Positions 1-12,435 of a stretch of 64,000 nt of DNA are shown here, one piece after another (position 1 is the stretch's first letter; the number at the start of each line of letters is the position of its first letter). Origin of the DNA: Negaprion brevirostris (taxonomy: Eukaryota); assembly GCA_030324005.1 (NCBI GenBank), contig JARDVH010000124.1, positions 40,296,330 to 40,360,329 on the forward strand. Reading direction: 5' to 3'. The notes under the pieces were generated by a model. The model was not told where the DNA came from. It searched no databases and saw nothing but the letters and a program-made list of their open reading frames with translations. A program made the position numbers and the translations under genes.

Positions 1-1179
1 CATTTCGCTTAGACCCCATAGCCTATAACAAATATACAGCACGTTTCACAGCTCTATCCCAGTTTTCCAGTGCACAGGCTAGGAATTTAAGCCCAAAATG
101 TGGTTAATAAAACGTGATGATGATTTCTATAACGAATAGCCGAGTCACCTGCAATGGAGTTTGAGGGATAAGTCGTTGGTTGGTTTCAACATCAGGAAGT
201 CTTTTCTGGAAGAAATACTCCCTTAATTGTTATATTGGGACTATTGCGACGGCATTTAGGGGTCCCGTGTCGTACTTTATTGGATACTTCGCTATTCCAT
301 AAAACGATTAACAGGGAATGGTTTTTCTTAACTCCCCTAAAGAAAGTGTAGGCTGTCTCTTTGGTGTTGTGAAAGGTTAATCAGCCGGACTGTGAAATGT
401 GATAGTCTTTAAATAGCCATGTGCTATAAATAAATCGTCTCCAGTCACATCTCTTGATATGATGGTGGAATAGCCTGAACTGGAAGTTGTATGTCTTGAT
501 TCTACACAAAATCGTAACGATAACATTTAGACTGATCATTCTGGAATTCCGATGTTATTGTTTTGTCCGGCATTCTTTCTTTGTCACACTTTTTTTTATT
601 GAGTCGAGGGAAAATTTCACTTAATAATCCAGGAACCGGGATACTAAAACAATGGCTCATGAAAGCAAAGCAGTTGCCTCACGGTCTGGTAAGGAAGAAA
701 ATCGAGAAAATCAAATTTATGAAAATGTTTTTTCTGAGATCGAAACACTGGAATTGCCACTCGGTTCAAGTTTACGGTAGGTGCCGTAATCTTCTGTCGT
801 ATTTAAGCAGTTTAATTTTTTTATATGGATAAAAGTATGTTAGTTTTGTCAATTTCCCTGTTTGCATTTCTAATTCCCAATCGATATTCTGGGGGTATGT
901 AGAACGCAAGATGATGTGGGATAAACGGGAGTGGTTACTTATGGAAAAATGTAACTTTCCAGTTTAAATTAACAACTACTTTGACTGCTATATTAGGTCT
1001 ACGTTGGTGAGTGTTACTTGTATAAAAAATACTAGTCGAGCACCATTATAGTAAATCATAGTTTGGTAATAGCGTGTGAAAAGACTTCTTTACGATAGAA
1101 AATTGGTAACACACACAAGTCTGCATAAATTTGCTTGGATTACTCAGACTATCGCCAGAGTTCCCTCGTGTCTCTGGAG

Positions 1180-1263
1180 CACCTGTCATAATGTGGGTAT
1201 GCCGGCGTTGGACTGGCGTAAACACAGTAAAAAGTCTGACAACACCAGGTTTTAGTCCAACCG
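1180..1263. mobile_element. Penelope pLTR-derived repeat, truncated by gap
   Basis: gttggactggcgtaaacacagtaaaaagtctgacaacaccaggttttagtccaacc, nearly identical to the copy at 4555-4627. Confidence 0.75.
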
Positions 1264-1363
1264 NNNNNNNNNNNNNNNNNNNNNNNNNNNNNNNNNNNNN
1301 NNNNNNNNNNNNNNNNNNNNNNNNNNNNNNNNNNNNNNNNNNNNNNNNNNNNNNNNNNNNNNN

Positions 1364-1432
1364 TATTGAATGGCGGGGCAGGCTCGAAGGGCTAGATGGC
1401 CTACTCCTGCTCCTATTTCTTATGTTCTTATG
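1364..1432 (+). mobile_element. CR1 LINE 3' tail (young family)
   Basis: tattgaatggcggggcaggctcgaagggctagatggcctactcctgctc followed by (ttatgttc) tail repeats. Same sequence recurs near 62646. Confidence 0.8.
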
Positions 1433-1800
1433 TTCTCTTCCACATTGGAGAAATCAAGCATGGAGTAGACAATTGCTTTGTCGAACAATTCCATTTAATC
1501 TGCAAGTATGGCTCTCAACTTTGGATTGCTTGCTATTTTATGTCTCTGCCCCACTTCCATTCTGCCTTCCCCAACCTCACGCTTTTCCACCAATGAAGCT
1601 CAATCATCACGAAGAACACCATGTTATTTTTGGAATTCATATGGTCATAATCACTAGACCCACATTTTCAATCATCAAAGGCAGGTAAGGGTTCTGTTCT
1701 TGCCCTCCATAGCCCCTCCAGTTTTTCTTCACTTCTCCCTTTATCATCCCTATTTCAACTCTGTAATAGACCTTTCCTCATGACCTTCTCTCCCATTTCT
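1433..1800 (+). mobile_element. Decayed Penelope-like element, GIY-YIG endonuclease C-terminal remnant
   Basis: HIGEIKHGVDNCFVEQFHLICK...WIACYF resembles PLE YIGETKRRLGDRFAEHLRSV...PVACHF, followed by an NEAQ...EEHHVIF segment. Confidence 0.6.
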
Positions 1801-2074
1801 CCATCTCTGAACTTACTTCAGTTCTTAAGTGCTTATAAGAGGAGAGGGATGGGGTGTTTCATGTAACACCTCTAACTTTTCCAGCTATGATGACCTGGAC
1901 ATTTTCCATTCACTGCAGTGGGACCAGAGCATCCCGTTGGCTTGCACGGTCAAAAAATCCCAGCTCTCAAGTTCTCCATGTATAATAAATAATTTTCTTT
2001 TAAGTACTGTTTTTCACACAGAAATATCATTGGTGGCAATGGAAAATGAATGATTATTTCATCAATTTTTGATA

Positions 2075-2420
2075 TTGATTTGATTTATTATTATCACACG
2101 TATGGGATACAGTGAAAAGTATTGTTTCTTGCACATTGTACAGAGACAATATACCACTCAGAAAGTACATAGGGGAGAAGGAAAGGGGAGGTTCAGAATA
2201 TAGTGTTACAGTCATAGCTAGGGTGTAGAGAAAAATGAGCTTAATACAACGTAGGTCTATTCAGAAGTCTGATGGCAGCAGGGAAGGAGATACTCTTCAG
2301 TCAGCTGGTATATGATCTCAGACTCTTGCATCATTTTCCTGATGGAAGTTGGAAGAGAGTAAGTCCAGGCGCGTGGGATCATTAATTATATTGTCTGCTT
2401 TTCAGAGGCAGTGGGAAGGA
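2075..2420 (-). mobile_element. Rex1/Babar LINE 3' end
   Basis: Reverse complement resembles LLPSGRRY...RLKNSFFPAA and ends in an aataaatcaaatcaa tail. Related to the copy at 15520-15606. Confidence 0.65.
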
Positions 2421-3949
2421 TTGGCTGAGGGAAGAATATTGCTCATGTTAATAGACAGAGTTGTCTGTTATTCTTCGAAAAGTTCCATAAGATCTTTAAC
2501 ATCAGAATGGTCAACATATTTAGGTGACAGGATTAATGTTGTCTTTATCAATTTAATAAGTTACACAAATAAGTATGTCTCCTTTGCAAATAAAGTTTAA
2601 ATAAAAATTTTAAGGAATCACTACATCTGGCAAATTCAAGTAATAATGAAGTTACAATCAACAGTTAAACACAAGTGATTACAGTATGTCTGTGTAGTCA
2701 ACTTTGGTGAGTGGTTGGTGGTGCCCTCCTGATCAATGTGGGGGCCACCATTTTTGTTTGGGAGCCTGTCTCCAAGTGCGAAGATCAGGTCACCATTTAA
2801 AAGTGGTGGCCCAATCTTGGAACAGTGGGGCTGGCCAGTGGGTTATCCGCTATGAATAAATTAGCTGCTAAAGCTGGTGTGGGTACTTAGTCCCAATTCA
2901 GCAGAATCGCGGCCAAGGTAACCTCAACATGCTCAGGGTACCCTAAAGTAGGTAAAGGCAATGAATTACTTTGAAATGCAGCCATTGTTACTCAGACCAT
3001 TCCAGCAACTAATCTGTAGACTGCAAGGTCCCACAAATAGCAATACACAGTTATTTTTCTTAATATAATTTTTTTTTACGCAAGCTGTAGGCAACTATGA
3101 TAAGTCCCTAATCTTTATCTCAGACTTGTCCAATACTTGTGTGACGGGTGACATTTCGATTGATCTCACACCCTTGGGGGCTGATGAGCAAATTGTGGAA
3201 ATATATAAGCTTCGGCAGAATATTAAACATGAATTTCAAAACAAAAAGCGGACATATGGAAAGAATCAACTTGCTGAGCAAAAAAAAGACACAGCAATCA
3301 GTTAGTATTTTTAAAAATGAGTAGTAAACACAAACAATTATAATGTGAAGGCTGAGTGTATACATGTGTCAAGCTCACTCTTGTCTCAGCATGGTCACTC
3401 ACTCACCTTCATGTGCATGACGGGGGTTTGTTGGTTTGTAGGGATGAGGATGAATGAGAATCCTGAGACTGGGAGTGAGACAGACACACACTCTCCACAC
3501 CCCCTGTCACACACAAACACCCACTCACTCTCCCTCCCTTAGAGTACAAACACTCACTCAACCACTCACATGCACACTCAGCACTTCAAAGCCAGCTCCA
3601 AGCGGTCCAACTCTATCTGAAAATCAGGGCACTGGATGCAAGTGGAATAATGTGGGTGTGACCTTGATTGTTGCTGCCTCTTCCTGCTGTGCACTGACTA
3701 TCTGAGTTTGAGCTTGAGCCCAAACCAGATCTACTGACGACTGAGGTGAGTGTCGCTGGGCTGGGGAGTGAACGCTGTGATGGCTGCACAGGTGTAAAGA
3801 CACCTTGCATAAAGATATAGAGATGGATTGTGAGCATGTATGATGAAAGACAGTTTGCGGGCCGTTGATTCTGTAGCTAACTTGCAACTCTCCAAAACCC
3901 AACCACAAACTACAAGGCATGAGTAAGGAGTGTGATGCAATACTGTCCA

Positions 3950-4360
3950 CTTGCCTGAATGAGTGCAGCTTGAAAAACATTCATAAAGCGTGGACATCAT
4001 CCAGGACAAAGCAGCCCTTTGATTGACACCCCATCCAGCATCCTCAACATTCACTCCAGAGTGGCATCAGTGTGTACCATTTACAAGATGCATCCTTCAA
4101 CAGCACCCTTCAAACCTTCAAGTTCTACCTGGGAGGAGGACAGGGTAGCAGCTACATGGGGACAGCAGCACCTGCAAACTGCCCTCTGATGCTCCCCATG
4201 GCTATGCTTTCACTATGGCTGGGTGAAAATCCAACACTTGGCTCACTAAGAAAAATGGCTCAAAACACAGAAGCCCATCACCTTCTCAAAGAAATTTAGG
4301 GATGGGGAAGATAAATGCTGGCCTTGCCAGTGACATCCACATCCCATGATAAAAATGCAA
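3950..4360 (+). mobile_element. CR1/L2-type LINE 3' fragment
   Basis: catccaggacaaagcagccc...caccttctcaa...aaatgctggccttgccagtgacatccacatccc, recurring at 37500-37890 and 38850-38950. Confidence 0.7.
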
Positions 4361-4554
4361 TATGAGTGGCAAGCAATATGGGTTCGGAGAGTAGAATTTA
4401 CTCACAATGTGGATGAAATTATTCATCAATTTTTTTCATTGCAAGGCAGTCCTCCTCTGGACCCCACCAGGCTGGCATGGTCAATTGGGTGAACCTCCTG
4501 CTACCCCTGGGGATGAAGTTGTCCCACCTTTCCTGCATGGCTTTGAGGAAACCT

Positions 4555-4767
4555 GATGTGGGTATGCCAGCATTGGACTGGCGTAAACACAGTAAAAAGT
4601 CTGACAACACCAGGTTTTAGTCCAACCCTTTTATTTGATAATAGACTCACAAGCTTTCGGGGTTAGTCCCTTCGTCAGGTGAATGGAGAGTTCTGGCCTC
4701 AGACAGAGCTTTATATGCTGTGCTTTATAAATCGGTTGGACTAAAACCTGGTGTTGCACCTGTCATA
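4555..4767. mobile_element. Penelope-derived fold-back element with hammerhead
   Basis: Perfect 23-bp inverted repeat at 4605-4627 / 4734-4756 enclosing the hammerhead motif. Confidence 0.8.
4645..4684 (-). ncRNA. Minimal type I hammerhead ribozyme (Penelope-associated)
   Basis: Minus strand reads ATTCAC-CTGACGA-A-GGG ACTAAC CCC-GAAA-GCT-T-GTGAGT: CUGANGA/GAAA core, stem II, helix I ATTCAC/GTGAGT and palindromic AGCT helix III. Confidence 0.7.
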
Positions 4768-5959
4768 CACAGTTCTCGGCTGATAGCGCTGAAACAAGAA
4801 TAGAAGAGCTCAAATAGTCACTATCAGTGTGGGGGTAGATCAAGTAACAAGGTACGAGGAAATTGCTTTAAGTGTGTTCGTGACTTCAGCTTCAGTTTGT
4901 CATTTAGCTGATCCACGTGAAAAACTAGATTTACGCAAATTTATTGAGCGTCTTGTAATACAACGTCACTTAGAAACTTTTTATTCTTCAGTATTGTATT
5001 CCAAACTATTTTTAACAGCAATGAAAGGACAATGCCCTTTCTCGTTCCGTACCCATTCTAGAAGCTTATCCTTCTTAGCTGAGACTGCTAAAGGGGGTTC
5101 AGCTTTCATAATCTACTACCTTAACTTCTACATTTAAAAAAAAGTTTTGGTTCACTGGGGGCATTAACGTCTTTTATAGAACGTAAGGGAGCATCTTCAA
5201 AGTTAAACAGTTGGCCTCTGAATAGCAATTTGTTTTTAATAACGCTGCCCAGCTGAGAGGCAGGTCTGTGGGAATGATCCGACATCACACTTGCATAGCT
5301 TTACTCATGTGTCTTTATTTAGACCACTCTTGCAGAGAAGTGGTCAAACATTAACAACTGTTTTGCAGTCTGGCCTTTGTCGTAACGGCTGCCTAACCTT
5401 TGTGGTGTAGGTCCTCCTCTCCCACAGCCGCAGTTCAACACCTCTCCTCCCCTACAGTTGCAGTTTGGAACTAGCAATTCTCAGTTCCTCCTAACCCACG
5501 CCCCAGTCCTATTTAACAAAATATTGCTTGCATACAATCATCTGCTCGTGCACCTGCGATGCTTTGTACAAGTGTATTCTTGTGAATAAAGCTGAAGTGG
5601 GATTGGGTTGGGGCTGTGAAAGTGCATTATTTCTCTTTGGTGCCAAACCTGTCAGCGTTTTATTTTATGCAGTTCGCCAGCCTGCTATTCCCCCTCAATT
5701 TCAAGGTGTTTGACAGTGGCCCACCCATTGTTTCTAGCAGTTTTATTAATTTGAATTTGGATGTAATTAATTTTTAAAATTTATGCAATTTAATTTGCAT
5801 GTCGATTGCAGAAATTTCTGCAAGTGTAATTTGCAGTTTTTTCTTTAAATTGCAAGAAAAACTCTCCAAATTTAATGTGGATGCAGTCTGTGGAAGGAGG
5901 CGCAACACTAAGCGTTGGATTTATTTATGTATATCTCACTGATTTAAAACAAGGATACA

Positions 5960-6510
5960 GGATGTGCCGCAGGTGAAGTGAGGCGGGCGCGCTCTCCCCA
6001 CTCCCACACGCCCGCGCATTGCCGAGAGTGCGCTGGCAGGTTGCTGTCGGGCACGCGCGCACGGGATGGGCTGCAAAGTGAAAGTGGCGGCGGGTCGGTG
6101 AGCGGCGGCTTGGCGTTCACGTTCGCCCCCCCCGAGGTGACCGCGGGGCTGGGGCTGGCCTCGCCGGGCTGGGCAGGTCCAGGCCGGGGTCATGAGCCGC
6201 TAACCTCCCTCGACCGCTCCCTCCAGCCGGAGCCGCAAGATGGCAGAGCCCGAGGCCCTGGAGACGGTGACGGAACACGAGCGGATTCTGCAGGAGATCG
6301 AGAGCACTGACGCGGCCTGCGTGGGCCCCACACTCCGGTAAGCGGCGCCGCTTCCTCCCCGCTCAGCTGCTGCTGCCAGGCCCAGGCGGCGGGCCTGCTG
6401 GGTGCTTCGCCTCCCGGTACTAGCGGCCCTTCGGCCCGTCTCCTTGGTGCCCGACCTTTTTTCGCCACCCTTGCTGCTGACTGTGTGGGCCCAGAGCCTC
6501 GGGACTCGAT
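5960..6510 (+). promoter_or_regulatory. CpG island / promoter and 5'UTR of EXOC6
   Basis: GC- and CpG-dense stretch in an otherwise AT-rich, CpG-depleted window, surrounding the first coding exon. A YY1-like CAAGATGGC overlaps the ATG, and AAAGTGAAAGTG (IRF/PRDM1-like) lies at 6075-6086. Confidence 0.85.
6240..6337 (+). CDS. EXOC6: EXOC6 coding exon 1 (MAEPEALETVTEHERILQEIESTDAACVGPTL-R)
   Basis: ATG in Kozak context AAGATGG. Translation matches the Sec15/EXOC6 N-terminus EHERILQEIESTDxACVGPTLR. Donor CG|GTAAG, phase 2. Confidence 0.97.
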
Positions 6511-6747
6511 TTTTAAAGTTAGTGTCTGTGTGGTTTGAAGGGCTTTGGGCAGCAGCAGCTTGTGCTGTAAACACTGAGCTACATTTGTGTGTGGGCGGTT
6601 CACCTTGCACCCCCTTCCAGGGTTGGCACTGCCTGGGGTGGAGGTGCAGTGTGACAGTTTTTCCTGTTTGTACAGGATTGATATTCACTGGGTTTTGAGT
6701 ACAGTTTTAACTGGCCATACAGCCAATTCCAAGGTTCTATAATAGTT

Positions 6748-7005
6748 GTCTGTGTGGAGTTTGCACATTCTCCTCGTGTCAGTGTGGGTTTCCTCCAAGC
6801 GCTCCATTTTCCTCCCACAGTCCAAAGATGTGCAGGTTAGGTTGATTTGGCCATGCTAAAATTGACCCTCTGTGTCCTGAAATGTGTAGGTTGGAGGGAT
6901 TAGCAGGTAAAATGTGTAGGGATATGGGGGTGGGATTATAGTCGGTGTAAACTCGATGGGCCAGATGGCCTCTTTCTGCATTGCAGGGTTTCTATAATTC
7001 TATGA
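6748..7005 (+). mobile_element. HE1-type V-SINE, 5' truncated
   Basis: tgtgtggagtttgcacattctcc...ttcctcccacagtccaaagatgtgcaggttagg V-domain plus CR1-like tail. Confidence 0.85.
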
Positions 7006-7419
7006 ATAGGACTGTCACTTTCCCAGGGGTGTAGGGTGCCACAGCCCTACAGTGCAAAAATAGTGGAGCTGCCACTTTTACTGTGGTCATCCACTCATCT
7101 GACAACCTTGAGTGGAGACATGTCCCATAATGAGATTGTGCAATTGGGGTATTTGTGTGGAAGCTCTGCCCCATGTTGTTTTCATCCATTTTGGCAAGTA
7201 CCGTTTTTTATTGACAATACTAGGTTACAGAACTCTGTTCAGTTGCTATGCATGTAGTATTTTACCATGATTATTAGTTGATTACACTAAATAGACCTTT
7301 TTGCTGTAATATTTTGGGATTGAACACTCTAGACATTGTACATTCAAGATTGCCTTGAACAGTGTGATGCTCTTGTGTTTTGTAAGCCAACAATTTGTAC
7401 CTGAGGGCAAAGGAAAATA

Positions 7420-7485
7420 AATGATACTGAAACAGGTCAGGCAGCATCTGTGGTGAGAAAGGTTGTTGACCTTTCATCAGAAAAT
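7420..7485 (-). mobile_element. Short fragment of a second Penelope-derived repeat family
   Basis: Minus strand TTCTGATGAAAGGTCAA...TCTCACCACAGATGCTGCCTGACCTG, with only a partial hammerhead core. Confidence 0.45.
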
Positions 7486-8659
7486 AAATGTTGTTTTCAG
7501 TTGGTCAGCTTTGGAAACTTAAGTGCTAATGCCCCATTCTTTAGCTGTGCCTATCCCACAAAATCATAGGATGTTTACAATGTCAACATTATCGTTTTAT
7601 TGACATTTCAGCATCACCAGGTGCAACCTTGCTTGACGAGATAAGATTTTAGCAGCCATGCTGGGCTGAAAATCAGACCTGAGGGGAATAGGAACTAGCT
7701 GAAAAGTTGTAAATATAGCTGTTGGCCCAGGATTCACTAAATTATGGTGAGGCTAATAGGAATTATCATTATGTGCAAATTAGACAGCAACTTCTGGTGA
7801 GCACACGTGCAGCTCAATACACAAATCTGGAAGTCAAGATGTGTGGCCCCTTAATCAGCTTTGCAAATATGGATGGCAGTTTGCCATCTGACTCACCATT
7901 CAAATACATTGCATATTTATGTGGATGAAACTCTCCATAAAGCTTTTCCATTTCAGCCCAAGTGTGTTAACACATTTTTAACAACTAATCTTAATCACTG
8001 CAAAATGACCTCTGCATGGTTCAAAGATTCTTCAAGGGTATACACTGTTCGTTCAGGATACACACTGTTGCCTTGTCCTGTTCACAGGTCTCAAACCACA
8101 CAAAGGATACTTCATACAAAAGTCTGTGGAAAATATATGGGCAAGTCTTATGGCAGGTGTCATTTGTTTGCCATTTGTTGCAGTTCTGGTGCAGTGTAAT
8201 CTTGTGACATGTGTGGATAGACTGAGAGCTGATAAGACCACATGGTTTTGTGCTTCTTCCCATGTGCATACTTTACTGCTCCCTCTACCTTAAGTATTTT
8301 AGTGCTTCTTCCTCACTCAGACTGAACCTGATAACTGTTCCTACACTCTGCTGCCTTCCTGCTATTTCTGATGTGCTGTATTTCCATTTGTCCCTCGTGT
8401 CTCGTTCTGCTCTGCTCTTTGCAAGTCTTAAGGAAGCTCTGCTTTGGCTTCTGCAATTGGAAGTGCAGTGGCAGAATCAGCATGTGGGAACTTTAACAGT
8501 ACTATTAATTTAGGATTGGTGTACAACATCACGATTCAAGCCAAGCAAATATTATCAATGCTAGTCTAACCTGCTGACAAAGACTTACCCACATGTTTCC
8601 TTCTGTAGTTCTAGTTTCATATCTCAGATGCTGGGTACTCTTTTTGCAGCTATCTTTAG

Positions 8660-9000
8660 TGGTAGCATATTTGTTGGGTCATAGGTTCAAGCTCCTCTTT
8701 TTTACGTAGTAGTATACTATATTGCAGCATACTTCGATTGAGGAAGTGCTTGCTAATTGTAGGTGCCTTGTGTTGGAAGAGAAACCAAGATTGTCTGCCC
8801 TCTTGTGAAACATCCCGTGGCCCTTTTTTAAAAGACTACAGGAGTTCTCCTGGCATCTTGTCCAATATTTATTTCTCGATCAACATCACTCAAAAATAGA
8901 TGTTATCTTATTGCTGTTTGCAGAATCTTGATGTATTCAAACTTTATTTTTCAGAAGTTTGATGGGCTGTGAAATGCTTGGGACATTGAAGTTATGAAGT
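8660..9000 (+). mobile_element. Deu-domain SINE (SacSINE1/AmnSINE1-like), diverged
   Basis: gtctgccctct...caggagttctcctggcatcttgtccaatatttatttctcgatcaacatcac matches the recalled Deu domain. Confidence 0.65.
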
Positions 9001-9449
9001 ACTTACAGTAGTGGTCTACCAACTTGCATTTCTGAATGTGATTTAATTTTTAATTCAATTTTAAGTTACAAAGCCAAATCCATTCTTTTGCTCTGAAACC
9101 TAAATTCAAAATCCAATTCTTGGTTCTCACGAGAGACGAAGATCCAAGGTGACAAGGTAAGGCATTCCACTTCACCTTGTGCTTGATCTCACATGAGGCC
9201 ATTCAGCGCTAATACTTTCTTAAATGCCCTGCTGTGCAGTTCAAAAACTGGAAGGCCAGGATTTGAGCCATGTTACACAGGCGACTGGGAAGAACACGAT
9301 TGGATTAATCAGACCACTGGCCCATACTGGAAAGACTAAAAGCCCAGCAGAGGGACGTCAACATGAATTTTCGCTTTTGATGTTTCTTCTTTACTCTAAA
9401 CAATTTGTGTTTCTATAATTACCTCAGTGTTTCACAAAGTAAATACTCG

Positions 9450-10570
9450 GAGTATTTAGCATTGCCAGAGAAGTGTAACCAGGAACAATGTTCTGCTTGT
9501 TCAGTTTGGGGAGCGCTTCCTGACAGGAAGATTGGGACATACAGCTTCTCCCCATCAGCTCCTTCCAGTTCCCTCTACAATTCTGAACACCTCTATCAAA
9601 TTGTCTCTCAATCTTCTCTTCACCAAAAACCCAAGTTCTCCAATCTACCAATGCAACTGAACTTCCTCGTCCCTGGGCCCATGCCCAGAAATTTATTGCA
9701 CCCTCTAATGCCTTCACACCCTTATCACTGCTTTCCAGATCAGATATTCCAACTGAGGCCAAACTAGGGTTTTATACAGGTTTGCTACAAGTTGCTTGCT
9801 CTTGTTCACTATGCCCCAATGTATAAAGCTCTCAATCCCAAATACCTTAACCACGCTCTCAACTTGCCATCTAAACAGCAATTGTTAGTGTCACATTTAA
9901 TCACAGGCCCCTTTGTTCTTGCATGCCTTTAAAAGTGTATCATTACTTTTATTTTCTCCTTTTTCCCACTGAAATGACTTATTTCACACTACTTTGCTTG
10001 TTTGGCCAGTGTACAAGCTGTCTAAGAAACTTTGAGCTTCAGCACTACCCCCTCACTGTTCACAATGCTGCTATGTATTGTGTAATTACCACAGTTTGAA
10101 TGTGTTCTGTACAGCAAGGTCAATGTCTCTAATATGTATCAGGAAGAGCAGAGTTCCTAACACCAACCCTCTTGGAATCCCACTGTAACTTAGCTCCATT
10201 CCAATTAAAAAGATTTTCCACTGCTGTGTTTCCTGTCACTCAGTCAGGTTCCTATCCACGTTGCTGCTGTCCCTTTTATTCTGTCAGCTCCAAATGTTAA
10301 CACAAGTTTGCTGTGTGGCCCTTTATTTATAAAATGCTTTTTGGCAGCCATGTTCACATTAACCACATTACCCTCATCAACCTTTTCTGTTACTGTTGAG
10401 CATATTAAATATGATTCCCCTTTAATTATGTGTTTTCCTTAATGCACATTAGCATAAGTGTTTAATTTTGTCTCCAGTTATTGTTTAGAGAATATTCCAC
10501 ACTGAGGCTAAACTGATAGGATAGGCCAACTGAATCCACACTGACTTTTCTGAAGTGTGTTTACCATTTG
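9450..10570 (-). mobile_element. Old CR1 LINE fragment
   Basis: Degenerate reverse-strand CR1 ORF2 features (ccaaactagggttttatacaggtttgc; cctaacaccaaccctcttggaatcccactg). Confidence 0.5.
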
Positions 10571-10584
10571 CAATTCTCCAGTCA

Positions 10585-11350
10585 GAGGTTTACAGTATGG
10601 GAACAGGCCCTTCAGCCCAACTTGTCCATGCCACCCTTTTTTAAAAACCCCAAAGCTAATCCCAGTTGCCTGCATTTGGCCCATATCCCTCTATACCCAT
10701 TGTACTCATGTAACTATCTAAATACTTTTAAACAGACAAAATTTGTACCTGCCTGTACTATCTCTGGCAGCTTGTTCCAGATGCTCATCACCCTCTTGAT
10801 AGAGGGAATGAGTTTCAGAGCCAAGAGGTCATGTTGCAGCTGTACAGGACTCTGGTGCAGCCACACTTGGGGTATTGCATGCAGTTGTGGTTGCCATGTT
10901 ACAGGAAGGATGTGGAAGCATTGGAGGGGGTGCAGGGGAGATTTACCAGGATGTTGCCTGGAATGTTGGGAGGGTCTTTTGAGGAAAGGCTGGGGTCTTG
11001 AGGCTCTTTTCATTGGAGAGGAGGTGGTTAGGGGGTGACTTAATGAAGGCATATGAGATGACCAGAGAATTCGATAGGGTGGACAGAGATGGCTAGCGTG
11101 AGGGGACATAGCTTTAAATTGAGGGGTGATAAATATAGGCCAGATGTCAGAGGTAGGTTCTTTACTCAGTAGTAAGGGCATGGAATTTCCTGCCTGCAAC
11201 AGTAGTGGATTCACCAGCATTAATGGCATTAAATGGTTATTGATAAACATGATATTGGAATAGTTTAGGATAGATGGGCTTTAGATTGGTTTCACAGGTC
11301 TGCGCAACATCGAGGGCTGAAGGGCCTGTACTGTGCTGTTATGTTCTATG
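10585..11350. mobile_element. Two CR1 3' fragments back to back (minus ~10585-10797, plus ~10798-11350)
   Basis: Plus copy encodes a QLYRTLVQPHLGYCMQLW-like CR1 C-terminus and a gggcctgtactgtgctgttatgttctatg tail. The minus copy begins with the complementary tail. Confidence 0.8.
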
Positions 11351-12249
11351 TGCTGGATGCACCTCTAGAGTTGTGACTCTGACTTCTAGATTGCCCATGT
11401 CAGTTGTGATAAGGCAGTTGATGTATTCTTGTGTTTATGGGGAATGTTTAAAAATTCAGTGGGTGGAAATGTAGCTCAGATTTTGGGAGAGCAGAATAGT
11501 TACTCAATGGACACGTTTAAGTTCTCCTGGGATTTCTGATTAGTCGTGTGGTGATGTGGTTTATGTGCAGTCTTGGGAATGTAGCAGAGGGGGGAAAAAA
11601 AGCTTTTACAGAAAGCAGTTTAGTTTGCAGCTGAAACCTGATTGAAGTTGGTAGGATTTTGCAGGCTTATGGAATTCTATCACCCTGAAAGCTTCAAAAC
11701 AGTCTGCACACGTTATAGTAAATATATTTATGTTAAGTCTGCAAGAGGCATGTTGCTTATTTGGAACTGGAGAAGTGATAAGTTAGAAATTCAAGTTGTT
11801 TCATTTTTAAATGGTGTTCAACTATTAGTTTCTTTTACTACAAAACTTTCAGTGGAATCATTTTCTGGAAGGAGGTATCCTTTTGTCGTGTTTATGTCAA
11901 AATAGAAGACTTGTTGGGGTCTTGTCTGACTCCCTATTGGGGTTTTGGCCCTGGTCCTTTCGGCTCAAACCTGTAGTTCCAGGTCGGCCACTCTTCCCTT
12001 AGCAGATCTTGGCACAACCCTCTTGTCTTAGAGGGATTTAATTTGCATCTGTTTGTTACAGCACCAGCTTCTCCACCTCCTAATGCTTTCATCTTACATG
12101 CTGAGTTTTATAGCCTTTTTGGAAAAGTGAGTTGCAAATTTATTTAATTAGAGATGTACATGATGTAAGTAAGCATAGGAGAGGAAACAGATGGAAAGAG
12201 AGACTTGCCCAACTGAGTTGCAAAGCAGTTATGACAGTGAAAACTAATT

Positions 12250-12435
12250 TTTTAAAATTAATTTGTGGGACATGGGCCTTGCTGGCTGGCCAGCGTTTAA
12301 ATAGTTTCATAATTCCAGATGTTTTTTTTCAAATTCTACCATCTGCCATGGCAGGATTTGAACCCAGGTCCCTGGAATATTAGCTGGGTTTCTGAATTAG
12401 TACTCCTAGTGATAATACCACTAGGCTATCATCTT
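12250..12435 (-). mobile_element. tRNA-derived SINE sharing a LINE tail, internally deleted
   Basis: ggatttgaacccaggtccctgga (B box on the minus strand). Related to the copy at 51825-52135. Confidence 0.6.

Noticed and set aside
1593-1690. MKLNHHEE...KGR ORF with a phase-2 donor AG|GTAAGG as an alternative EXOC6 first exon
   Set aside because: Lies in a decayed Penelope endonuclease remnant. No promoter evidence and no similarity to Sec15 N-termini.
3640-3752. Strong donor GAG|GTGAGT upstream of the promoter
   Set aside because: Frames leading to it contain stops and no ATG. At most a non-coding exon, unsupported.
5936-6698. Several overlapping 85-162 aa ORFs on both strands
   Set aside because: Expected from stop-codon scarcity in a CpG island. 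The real exon is in a different frame.
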